This document shows positions 45,907 to 58,300 of a stretch of DNA of 64,000 nt, piece by piece. The DNA lies in IMG/VR virus record IMGVR_UViG_3300027902_000155, positions 25,553 to 89,552 of that record. The stretch is one strand, 5' to 3'. The position numbers and the translations under genes are program-made. Numbering within the stretch: the stretch's first letter is position 1; each line of letters begins with the position of its first letter. The notes below the pieces were generated by a model. The model was not told the origin of the DNA, searched no databases, and was given only the letters and a program-made list of their open reading frames with translations. This DNA is from a virus.

Positions 45907-46415
45907 TCGAGAGCCACGTCAACGAGGGACGCACTAAGGTTTCCCTCGCAAAGAAACTCAACCCCCTCTGGTGGTTCATGAACGACGTCGAGCAGACCGT
46001 CGAACAGGCGCCCTGGTACATTCCCGAGAAACCTCTGTGGTGGCGCTACGTCATGTGGACCTTCGTTCGCAACCCCCTGATGAACCTGCACTGCTTCGGA
46101 TTCGGCTGGAGCTGGCTCTTGGTCGTCGCCGTGGTAGTCGCCCTCCACTTCTTGGTCGGCGCCTCCTGGTGGTGGCTCCTCTTGCTGCCGGTCTTTACCG
46201 GGGGGGTCCAAGACCGCAACTACGTAGTAACCGGAAGGGCGCCGGTGATGACGGTCCAGCGTAACGACCTCAACCCGCCAGAGACCGGGATCCAGTGGTG
46301 CGTCAGTTGGCTGCCGCTTCCCCTTCCGTTCGTCAGTTACTGCGGAAAAAAGACGGTGGCGTACCTAGGTTGGCAACCGTCTGGCGTGTTCAACGGCAAA
46401 CTCGTTCCTGCCTGA
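45903..46415 (+). CDS. Trp-rich membrane protein
   Basis: ATG at 45903 overlapping previous stop; hydrophobic segments; RNP and LGW motifs. Confidence 0.65.
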   Translation: MIESHVNEGRTKVSLAKKLNPLWWFMNDVEQTVEQAPWYIPEKPLWWRYVMWTFVRNPLMNLHCFGFGWSWLLVVAVVVALHFLVGASWWWLLLLPVFTGGVQDRNYVVTGRAPVMTVQRNDLNPPETGIQWCVSWLPLPLPFVSYCGKKTVAYLGWQPSGVFNGKLVPA

Positions 46416-46418
46416 CCG

Positions 46419-46426
46419 CATAAATA
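46419..46426 (+). promoter_or_regulatory. T4-type late promoter heading glycosyltransferase operon
   Basis: CATAAATA. Confidence 0.7.
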
Positions 46427-46447
46427 ATTCGTCACTATATACGGGAC

Positions 46448-47629
46448 GTGAGTGAGATGAGCGTCAACTTTACGATGGTTATGATCGCCCGAAACGAGGC
46501 GAAGACCCTCCCGACCCTGTTTGCTTCCCTAAGAGAGTTCATGGACCGAGGCGGCGAGACCGTGCTGGTCGATACCGGTTCTACAGACGGCACGCCCGAG
46601 CTAGCCAGGAAGCTGGGATGCACCGTCGTCGACGAGGTCGGCGAGCGATTCATGATCACGGTCGACGAAGATACCGCTGGAAAGATCAACGAGCGCTTCG
46701 TCGTAGACAGCGAGCCGCTCATAGTCAGGGGCGGAGACCGACTGTTCAATTTCTCGGCGGCGCGCAACCACTCTGCGAGTCTAGCCTCAAATGACATGAT
46801 AGCGACCCTCGACTGCGACGAGGCGTATACTAAGCTAGACATCGACGTTGTCCAGCAGTTCATTCGAGACGGCGTCGAGCAGTTCGAGTATAACTTCGTG
46901 TTCAGTCACGACGAGTTCGGCGCGGAGGTCATAAAATTCGTCCAGTGTAAGTTCTACAACCGTAAGAAGATGAGGTGGGTCAACTACGTCCACGAGATAC
47001 TTGCTGGATCAGCCAACAGGATATTTCTTGGAGAAGACGTGATCAAGCTGGAGCACTGGCAGCAGCATGGTAGCGACCACCGCACGAAGTACCTAGCGGG
47101 ACTGGCGCTTGACTGCTTCATGAGTCCAGACAACGATCGTAACAGTCACTACCTGGCTCGCGAGCTGATGTGGGCGGGTAGGCCGAGGTCCGCGATCAAG
47201 GAGTTCGAGCGTCACATCGCGATGGATCGCTGGCTGCAGGAGAAGGCGCAGTCTCAGATATTCTTGGGCGACTCTTACGGAATGATCGGCAACGAAGAGA
47301 AGCAGATCGAGTCTTACCACAAGGCGTTCCAGATGGACAGTTCGCGTCGGCAGCCTCTTATCTCTTTGGCGCTGCTGTACAAGGCGAAGGGCGACCACCA
47401 GCGCGCAGCTTGCTATGCCGCCGCGTCCCTGGAGATACCATGGTACGGGTTCTATGCGGACTTCAAGAACCACTACGCCGACCTTCCGCACTTCATCCTC
47501 TACACCAGCAAGTGGTTCATGGGAGACGTAGAGGGCAGCAGGCACCACTTCGACAAGGCCCTTGCGTACGCGCCCAACAACGGCCAGTACCTGTACCACA
47601 AGCCGTACTACTACCCCGAGAAGGTCTGA
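46448..47629 (+). CDS. GT2 glycosyltransferase with TPR repeats
   Basis: MIARNEAKTL, VDTGSTDGT, FSAARN, LDCDE, VHE; C-terminal TPR-like helices. Confidence 0.9.
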   Translation: MSEMSVNFTMVMIARNEAKTLPTLFASLREFMDRGGETVLVDTGSTDGTPELARKLGCTVVDEVGERFMITVDEDTAGKINERFVVDSEPLIVRGGDRLFNFSAARNHSASLASNDMIATLDCDEAYTKLDIDVVQQFIRDGVEQFEYNFVFSHDEFGAEVIKFVQCKFYNRKKMRWVNYVHEILAGSANRIFLGEDVIKLEHWQQHGSDHRTKYLAGLALDCFMSPDNDRNSHYLARELMWAGRPRSAIKEFERHIAMDRWLQEKAQSQIFLGDSYGMIGNEEKQIESYHKAFQMDSSRRQPLISLALLYKAKGDHQRAACYAAASLEIPWYGFYADFKNHYADLPHFILYTSKWFMGDVEGSRHHFDKALAYAPNNGQYLYHKPYYYPEKV

Positions 47630-47630
47630 C

Positions 47631-48638
47631 GTGCTAACGGCAGTCAATCTGTCATTGTCCTCTGCGTGCGGAGCAGACTGCGTGTTCTGCCCGTCAGACC
47701 GCGGGGCGCGCATATCGAAGAAGAACATGAGTCTCGAGGTCGCCTCTAAGATCATCGACGAGGTGACCTCGCTGGAGTTCATCGCGAAGTACCGGACGCA
47801 CACGATGCACGTCGGGGAGAACGGCGACTGCTTCATCAACAAAGACATCGTCGAGATCCTACGCTACCTCAAGGCGCGCAACCCAGTCCGCGGTCCAGAC
47901 TGGCAGCAGTTCCTGTACGTCAGCGTCTTCACGGACCTGCAGAACTTCACGCCCGCCATAATGGAGACCGTGTGCAAGGAGGGACTGATCAGTTTCGTCG
48001 GACTCAACGTCGACGGCGCCTCCGAGGAGACGTTCTCTGCTACCAAGCGTCTGTCTTCGAGGTACGTCAAGGAATATTTGCCCGAGTTCATTCGACTCCG
48101 TGAGAAGTATAGTGCTAAGATCGAGTTAGGTGTCCTGTCACTGACGATGCGACACTACGTGGACGCAGTGCGCAAGCACCTGAACCGAGATCCGATAAGG
48201 GTCAGGGACCCCGAGCAACTAAAGATGGCGGACGACTTCGAGCAGATCAAGGCGCAGATCCTACCGATGCTGAGGACTGGCGACACCCTCGAGCGCATGA
48301 AGCCCCAGTTCTGGGCAGAGCGCGCCGGAGTGGCGGCAGCGACCGTCGACTACACGAAGTACTACTGCCCGCTCATCGACCGCGTAGAGAACGAGGCGTT
48401 CATCGCGCCCGACGGCACGTGGTACGCCTGCTGCTTCGACAGCAACAACCAACTCGGACTCGGCAACGTGTACGAGAAGTCTATCGACGAGGTAGCACAG
48501 GGCGGGCCCCGCAAGAGACTGATCAAGCTCCTGAAGAAGCAGAAGTTCGGAGACATCGGCGGACCGTGCGCCACCGTCAACTGCTGCCAGTACGGGATCA
48601 ACGAACCGGAGAAACTGAGTGACGACTCCACAGTTTAG
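47631..48638 (+). CDS. radical SAM protein with Twitch/SPASM-like C-terminus
   Basis: GTG start; CGADCVFC; C-terminal CPL...IAPDGTWYACCFD...LGNVYEKSI...C. Confidence 0.85.
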   Translation: MLTAVNLSLSSACGADCVFCPSDRGARISKKNMSLEVASKIIDEVTSLEFIAKYRTHTMHVGENGDCFINKDIVEILRYLKARNPVRGPDWQQFLYVSVFTDLQNFTPAIMETVCKEGLISFVGLNVDGASEETFSATKRLSSRYVKEYLPEFIRLREKYSAKIELGVLSLTMRHYVDAVRKHLNRDPIRVRDPEQLKMADDFEQIKAQILPMLRTGDTLERMKPQFWAERAGVAAATVDYTKYYCPLIDRVENEAFIAPDGTWYACCFDSNNQLGLGNVYEKSIDEVAQGGPRKRLIKLLKKQKFGDIGGPCATVNCCQYGINEPEKLSDDSTV

Positions 48639-50964
48639 CATCTGCTTCATCACCAGGAACGAGGCAAAGACGCTTCCGATAGTGCTCGACACCCTGATAA
48701 ACTTTCAGAGGGACGGCGGAAAGATCTACGTGTACGACACCGGCAGCACAGACGACACCGTTGCCGTGGCGCGTGCTCGCGGGTGCCTAGTGAAGGAGGT
48801 CGGCTCCAAGCACGTCCACGTGCTCTCGAAGGAGGAGTCCGACGCGATCAACGCGCCGTTCGTCCATACCGGCGAGGCACCGATCGTCTATCCAGGCGCT
48901 ACCTACTTCAACTTCGCAGAGGCGCGCAATGCCGCGGTCGCCGAGATTCCAGACACAGACTATGTCTTCTGTCCCGACGCGGACGAGACCGTAACTCACC
49001 TGGACCACGACAAGATAAACGAGTTCATCAAGGAGGGGTACACCCACTTCAAGTACACGTGGGTGTGCGTGCACGACCCCTTTGGAGGCGACCTGGTCAC
49101 ACAGATCCAGTGCAAGTTCTACGACCGGCGAGCGGTCGAGTGGAGGGGGCGCGTCCATGAACTCGCCACTCCAAAGGAGGGTGTCGTACCCAAGGTAAAA
49201 CTGCTCGACGAGATGGTCCTTCGTCTGGATCACTGGCAGAACTACGAGACTACTAGAACATACCTGATCGGCCTGGCAGTCGACTGTTTCAAGGATCCGA
49301 CTAACGACCGCAACTCTCACTATCTTGCTCGAGAGATGAAGTGGAACGGTCGACCGCGTGGTGCTCTCGAGGAGTTCAAGCGCCAGCTGACTCTTGCACC
49401 GGCGTCCGAGGCAGACCGCGAGTGGCTGCCGCCGTTCGCGCCTCGAAAGATAGAGTCGATGATTTACATTAGCGAGATCCTCAAGGACCAGGGGAAGCTA
49501 GACGAGGAGCTAGACTGGGTTCATCGGGCGATGATCTTAGAGCCTACTCGACGAGAACCGGTGTATCGACTAGCGCAGATCTATCAGGCCAGGAGCCTGC
49601 CTATCGCGGCCAAGGCCTATGCCGCGGCGGCGGCAGTGTTTGACTGGGACTGGACCTACGGAACTAACCGGGCGCTGTTCGCTGCCCAGCCGCGCGAGAT
49701 ACTCTACTGGGCGTGCGGCTGGACCGGAGACCTAGAGGGAGCGCGGAAGTACATCTTGGAGTGCCTGGCACTGAACAGAAGCAACCCCATCTACATTCGT
49801 GACACCCAGTACTACTTCGAGTATCCGGCGACGACCAAAGAGGGATGGATGTCGTATCCGGAGCAACTCTTCTTGTTCAGGCAGGCAAAGAACATGGAGT
49901 CGGTCATCGAGCTCGGATCGTGGAAGGGAGCGAGCACCTCAGCACTGTGCGCGTCGGGCTGTCCGAGCGTGACCGCGATAGATCACTGGAAGGGATCGAA
50001 GTTCGAACCAGACGCCCACGCTGAAGCGATCACGGGAAGTGTCTTTGAGCAGTTCAAGAAGAACACTGCCGAGTACAAGAATCTGAGGTACGTCAACGCA
50101 GATATCAATGACGCGGTGAGAGACGTCCAAGACTACTCGGTAGATATGGTGTTCATCGACGCCGGCCACACCTACGAGGAGGTCAGGAACGACATCCGCA
50201 AGTGGCGGTCGAAGGCGAGGATCTTGCTGTGCGGACATGACTACGGCACGGGCTGGCCTGGGGTGATGCGCGCGGTCGACGAGGAACTTGGCGCGGTCGA
50301 CGGAGTCGAGCATACCGTCTGGTACAAGTGGGTGAACAACCCTCGCGTGTCGATCTGCGTTCCCACGATAGGTCGCCCCGAGAAACTTCACAGGCTGCTG
50401 GAGACGATAAAGACTACAGCCGAGTACGACAACTACGAGGTGCTCGTTGCAGCAGACGAACCGCGCCCGAACAACGTCGGCGCGCCGAAGATGCTCGCCA
50501 AGCTAGTGGCGCGCAGCAAGGGCGAGCTGGTGATGTTCCTCGGCAACGACTGCGTTCCCAAGGCCGGTTTCTTGAGGGAGGCGGTGTGGGAGATGGCGCG
50601 ACGGTTTCCCGAGATGGACGGCATGGTCGGACTCAACGACGAGTACTGGGGCAAGAACCACGTCGCGCCGCACTGGCTGGCGTCGAAGAAGTTACTGCCG
50701 TATCTCGAGGGAGAGTTCTTCCACACCGGGTACAACCACACCGGGTGCGACAACGAACTGCTGGCGCGAGTAGAGATGATCGACAAGTACTCGTGGGCAG
50801 AGAAGTCTAAGATCTGGCACGACCACCCGATGATGAGCGGCAAGCGAGAAGACATGGACGAGTACTACCAGGAGGCATACGCCAGCGCTCGACACGACGC
50901 CGACGACAGACTCTACGCAGAGCGAGCAAAGAAGTACGGGTTTGATGGAAGGAAGTGGACGTGA
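48619..50964 (+). CDS. fusion: GT2-TPR + class I SAM methyltransferase + second GT2-like domain
   Basis: ITRNEAKTL/YDTGSTD/PDADE; IELGSWKGAS, VFIDAGHTYE, CGHDY; VSICVPTIGR, FLGND, CDNEL. Confidence 0.88.
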   Translation: MTTPQFSICFITRNEAKTLPIVLDTLINFQRDGGKIYVYDTGSTDDTVAVARARGCLVKEVGSKHVHVLSKEESDAINAPFVHTGEAPIVYPGATYFNFAEARNAAVAEIPDTDYVFCPDADETVTHLDHDKINEFIKEGYTHFKYTWVCVHDPFGGDLVTQIQCKFYDRRAVEWRGRVHELATPKEGVVPKVKLLDEMVLRLDHWQNYETTRTYLIGLAVDCFKDPTNDRNSHYLAREMKWNGRPRGALEEFKRQLTLAPASEADREWLPPFAPRKIESMIYISEILKDQGKLDEELDWVHRAMILEPTRREPVYRLAQIYQARSLPIAAKAYAAAAAVFDWDWTYGTNRALFAAQPREILYWACGWTGDLEGARKYILECLALNRSNPIYIRDTQYYFEYPATTKEGWMSYPEQLFLFRQAKNMESVIELGSWKGASTSALCASGCPSVTAIDHWKGSKFEPDAHAEAITGSVFEQFKKNTAEYKNLRYVNADINDAVRDVQDYSVDMVFIDAGHTYEEVRNDIRKWRSKARILLCGHDYGTGWPGVMRAVDEELGAVDGVEHTVWYKWVNNPRVSICVPTIGRPEKLHRLLETIKTTAEYDNYEVLVAADEPRPNNVGAPKMLAKLVARSKGELVMFLGNDCVPKAGFLREAVWEMARRFPEMDGMVGLNDEYWGKNHVAPHWLASKKLLPYLEGEFFHTGYNHTGCDNELLARVEMIDKYSWAEKSKIWHDHPMMSGKREDMDEYYQEAYASARHDADDRLYAERAKKYGFDGRKWT

Positions 50965-51617
50965 TACCCCATCGGATATTCACCGTGTGGTTGGGCGAGG
51001 AGATGCCGGACCTCGTGAAGCACTGCATCGAGACACAGAAGATACCGGGGTACGAGCACCGTCTGATCACCCTAGACAACTGCTTCAAGGACGCGGAGTA
51101 CATCCAGCAGGCGTTCAACTCGCCGCTCCGTAAACAGAAGTGGACGCGCGCGGTCGACTACCTCCGGGTGCACTACCTAGACACCGAGGGCGGCATCTAC
51201 CTAGACGCAGACGTCGAGATACTGCCGGGAAAGAACTTTGACGAGTGCTGTAAGTTCAGGATGTTCACAGGCATCGAGGGAAACGGCTTCATCGGGAGCG
51301 CGGTGATCGGCGCCGAGAAGGGATACCCGTTCCTGAAGCAGTGGCTGAATGAGACGGTCACCAAGTTCAGGGGCGACGACACTAAGAACTTCGAGTCGTC
51401 GATGCAGGTCCTGTACGACGGATACGTCGGACAGAAAGAAGAGTATCGAGACTGGTACCGAGACTGGTTCATGAACTATCCCGCCTACTACTTCTATCCC
51501 TACGACCACCAGACAGGAAAGGTCGACGTCCGGCCGGAGTCGATCACCTACCACCACTTCATGAAGTCGTGGTGCGAGTATGACCCCGCGACCAACACCT
51601 GGAACCCCGCAGTCTGA
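50955..51617 (+). CDS. GT32-like (DXD sugar-binding) glycosyltransferase
   Basis: IPHRIFTVWLG, DYLRVHYL..EGGIYLDADV, YFYPY, HHFMKSW. Confidence 0.88.
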   Translation: MDVIPHRIFTVWLGEEMPDLVKHCIETQKIPGYEHRLITLDNCFKDAEYIQQAFNSPLRKQKWTRAVDYLRVHYLDTEGGIYLDADVEILPGKNFDECCKFRMFTGIEGNGFIGSAVIGAEKGYPFLKQWLNETVTKFRGDDTKNFESSMQVLYDGYVGQKEEYRDWYRDWFMNYPAYYFYPYDHQTGKVDVRPESITYHHFMKSWCEYDPATNTWNPAV

Positions 51618-52201
51618 TGATACCAAAGATAATCACCTCGATGTGGTTGGGGGACGCGATGCCGGCGATCCTGCACGACTGCGTCAAGACTCACAACGCG
51701 CAGCCGGGGTTCCAGCACCACTGGGTGACCAACGCCGACTACTACAGGGACTCGCGGTACGTCAACGAGTGCATCGAGGCGCGCAAGTTCGCAAAGGCGT
51801 CTGACTACCTGCGGATGTACTACCTCGAGCAGCACGGGGGCATCTACCTGGACGCCGACACCACGATCATCAAGCCCCTGGACAGGTTCCTCGAGCACAC
51901 CATCTTCGCGTGTGAGGAAGAGAACTACTTCGTCGCGAACGGCATCGTCGGAGTCGTTCCCCACCATCCCCTGGTCCAGCACTACCTGAAGACAGTCGAG
52001 GAGAACTTCCGCGGCGGCGGAGACCTAGTGTTCCAGCCCGGAATGTACCTCTGGACCGAGCTGGTCAAGCACAGTCAGTGGTCGAGGGACGTGACCCTCT
52101 ATCCCCAGGAGTGGTTCCTTCCGTACAACTGGCAGACCGGCATCACCAAGATGACCGAGAACACTCACACCACCCACCTGTACCTAAAGTCCTGGCTGTA
52201 G
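51617..52201 (+). CDS. GT32-like (DXD sugar-binding) glycosyltransferase
   Basis: MIPKII..MWLG, SDYLRMYYL..HGGIYLDAD, HLYLKSW. Confidence 0.88.
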   Translation: MIPKIITSMWLGDAMPAILHDCVKTHNAQPGFQHHWVTNADYYRDSRYVNECIEARKFAKASDYLRMYYLEQHGGIYLDADTTIIKPLDRFLEHTIFACEEENYFVANGIVGVVPHHPLVQHYLKTVEENFRGGGDLVFQPGMYLWTELVKHSQWSRDVTLYPQEWFLPYNWQTGITKMTENTHTTHLYLKSWL

Positions 52202-52225
52202 GTCTTCCAATGTGGGATACCTGGG

Positions 52226-52233
52226 CATAAATA
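52226..52233 (+). promoter_or_regulatory. T4-type late promoter
   Basis: CATAAATA. Confidence 0.65.
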
Positions 52234-52275
52234 CCATGAAGAAGGCAGAGTTTTGCCTAACCTCGGGGTATTCCG

Positions 52276-55307
<3,032 letters not shown>

Positions 55308-55308
55308 T

Positions 55309-58300
55309 ATGAGTAGCATAGCTCAGACACTGTTGGCAGAAGCGAGCAGCATCGCGATCGACCTCAACTTTGCTAACCAGAAGTACTATCCCTCGGGCGC
55401 CATAGACAATTCGATATCTTCTCCTGCTGTTGATCTAGACCTATCAAACAACACGGTACGGTACGGCGGCGGGTCGCTGTCGACCTACCTGTCGAACAGC
55501 TGTGCCTCCGGTGGCTACGTCACCAACGCGGACGGCACCCTAACGTGGGCAGCGGCGGACACTCTGCGAATTGGCGACGGGACCGGATTGCTGGTGGAGG
55601 AGAGCAGAATCAATATTCTTTATCCGTCTGTGCCAGATCATGCTGGAACATGGACTGAGCAGCGAGGTGCGGTGGCGGTTAATTCAACGACAGCACCTGA
55701 CGGCACGTCGACAGCTTCAAAATTTACTGAAGATAGCACCGCCTCCAACAACCACTATATCCAGCGTAGTCTAATAACCATTACTGCAAATACAACTTAT
55801 ACGGCTTCGTGTTTTATAAAAGCTGGAACAGGCACAGCGCGAAGATACACTAGATTGTCTGTGTGGGATGATAATACTGGCAATAATGTATTTTGGGCAG
55901 AACTTGATCTGCAAACTGGCACAATATCCTCCACCGGCACGCATGGCACCGGAACATATACGTCATCATCGGTCACTGCACTAGCTAATGGTTGGTATTA
56001 TTTAACAGTAACAGGGAAAGTTGATGCCAGCAGCACAAGTGCTGACTTCTGTCTGTTTCTGGTAGATGTATCTGGATCAGTAAGCTATAGCGGAGATGGT
56101 ACTGGATCACAGTATTGGTGGGGCGCACAACTCGAACTCGGCTCCTTCGCTACCTCCTACGTTCCAACTACCACTGCGTCGGCGACGAGAAATGCGGATG
56201 TGGTGACGGCATCTGGAACACTGGCGTCATCGCTCAACGGTGCGTCAGCAGCATCTCTGTTCGTTCAGACCAACGGCATGTCTATAATTTCAAATTCAGA
56301 TATTCCTGTAGTGCTGTGGCGCGATCACAACTACTTGTTTGGTACCAATGGATATTCTAGTCCGTCGACCGCGATGATCTTGACCGGAACAGCAAACATC
56401 GGCACACATATTGGTTCGGGAACCTTTGCGGGCACGACGAGATGGGTGCTTGGATACGACGGTACTACTGCTTCTCTAGTCGGCAACAACGGAACAGTTG
56501 GCAGTGACGCCTATACTATAAGCAACCTGAGCGGTACCATTCAGTTCGGTGGTTTTTACACGAACACTAATCAGATGATCGGCGGCTACATCCAGCGCAT
56601 AGCCGTCTGGAGCACCCGCCTCTCTGATACCCTCTTGCAGTACCTGTCCTCCAAGGAAATGACGGCGGGCGACCTGTGGAACAGCAACGCCTCCGGCGGC
56701 TACGTCCAGAACGCGGACGGCACGATGACCCTAGTCCCGGCTAACACCCTGAGGATAGGCAGCGGCAAGGGCTTGCTGGTAGAAGAATCGCGCACCAACT
56801 CGATCACGAACAACTCGATGCAGGGAGTCGTCCTGCCGGCGGTCGATCTCGACCTCAACAACAACACCGTGCGCGTAGGCGGCGGATCGCTGTCCGATTA
56901 TCTTTCGAACAGCAACGCCTCCGGCGGCTATGTCACTAACGCAGACGGCACCCTGACCTGGGTCGGCGCGAACACCCTGAGGGTCGGTACCGGCACTGGA
57001 CTGCTGGTGGAGGAGGGCAGGACTAACCTGTACATACGCAGTCAGGACTATACTGCTACGGGTACGTGGACCGTGGCAAACGGCACCCTCACGAACTCGT
57101 ACGCCGCGCCCGACGGAACCAGCACCGCCTTCAAGCTGCTAGAGGGCACTGGCTACCACAACTGGACCATCACTCCCGCCGTAGGCATGGGCGTCAGCGC
57201 GTCGACCACGTACACCTCGTCGGCCTACGTGAAGGCCCTGAACGGGCGACGATGGGTCATATTTCAGATCAACAACCAGGACACCAGCGCGGCCCTCTGC
57301 GTCTGGTACGACCTGACGAACGGAGCCGTAGGAACGATCGGCGACCTGATCGCTGGCTTTACTAACAAGTCAGCGACCATCACGTCGCTGGCAAACGGCT
57401 GGTACCGCATCACGGTTACCTACACGACGACCTCAGGAACGACCGCGATCGGTCACTTTCACGCCGACGACGCCGCCGACAACGGCGACAGGTTCGCTAC
57501 GGGCGACGGAACAAAGGGATACTACCTCTGGGGAGACCAGCTGGAGCTTGGAGCCTTCGCTACTTCTTATATCCCGACCGTCGCATCACCCGCGGCGAGG
57601 AATGCGGACGCGGTGACTGCGACGGGGGCGCTGAATACCAATCTTGCTCTTACGACCGCATCAATATTTGCTCAGACATATGGAATAGTCGACCCTAGCA
57701 GTACATATCCTCGCATCATCGATTGGAACAGCCAATTCTGGTGGTATTTATATCATGGCGGATCCTATCAAAACGTCACGTCTGACGGGACAACCGATAA
57801 CGCTGCTACTTTCGGTTCGGGAACTTGGGCTGATGTTGCTCGTCACGCAATTAGTTTCAGCGGGACGTCCTTTTCCGGTGCCTCCAACAATGGGTCGGTG
57901 GCAACCAATACAATATCGGGAAGTTATCGTTCTGGCACCGCTCAGATCGGTGGAAATGCGGGCGGAAATAGAATATTAAACGGCTACATCCAGCGCCTCG
58001 CCGTCTGGTCCTCGCGGCTGACGGATACGCAGTTGCAGTATTTATCTTACCACGGTGGTGTACTGCCGAATATTTGGAGTTCTTATGATCCTGACGGGTT
58101 GACACTCGATGTAATTGGCGCAGGCACCGAAGATGGTATTGATTACATTGATGTGCAAGTGTCAGGAATTGGAGGATCGGTTGGTGTAACTACAATAGTG
58201 TTTGATACTATCGCAGCAGCTCCTGGTGATATATGGACTGAGTCTTTCTTCTTGACAAAGCTGGCTGGCAGTACATCAGGATTTGCAAACTTTCAAATTG

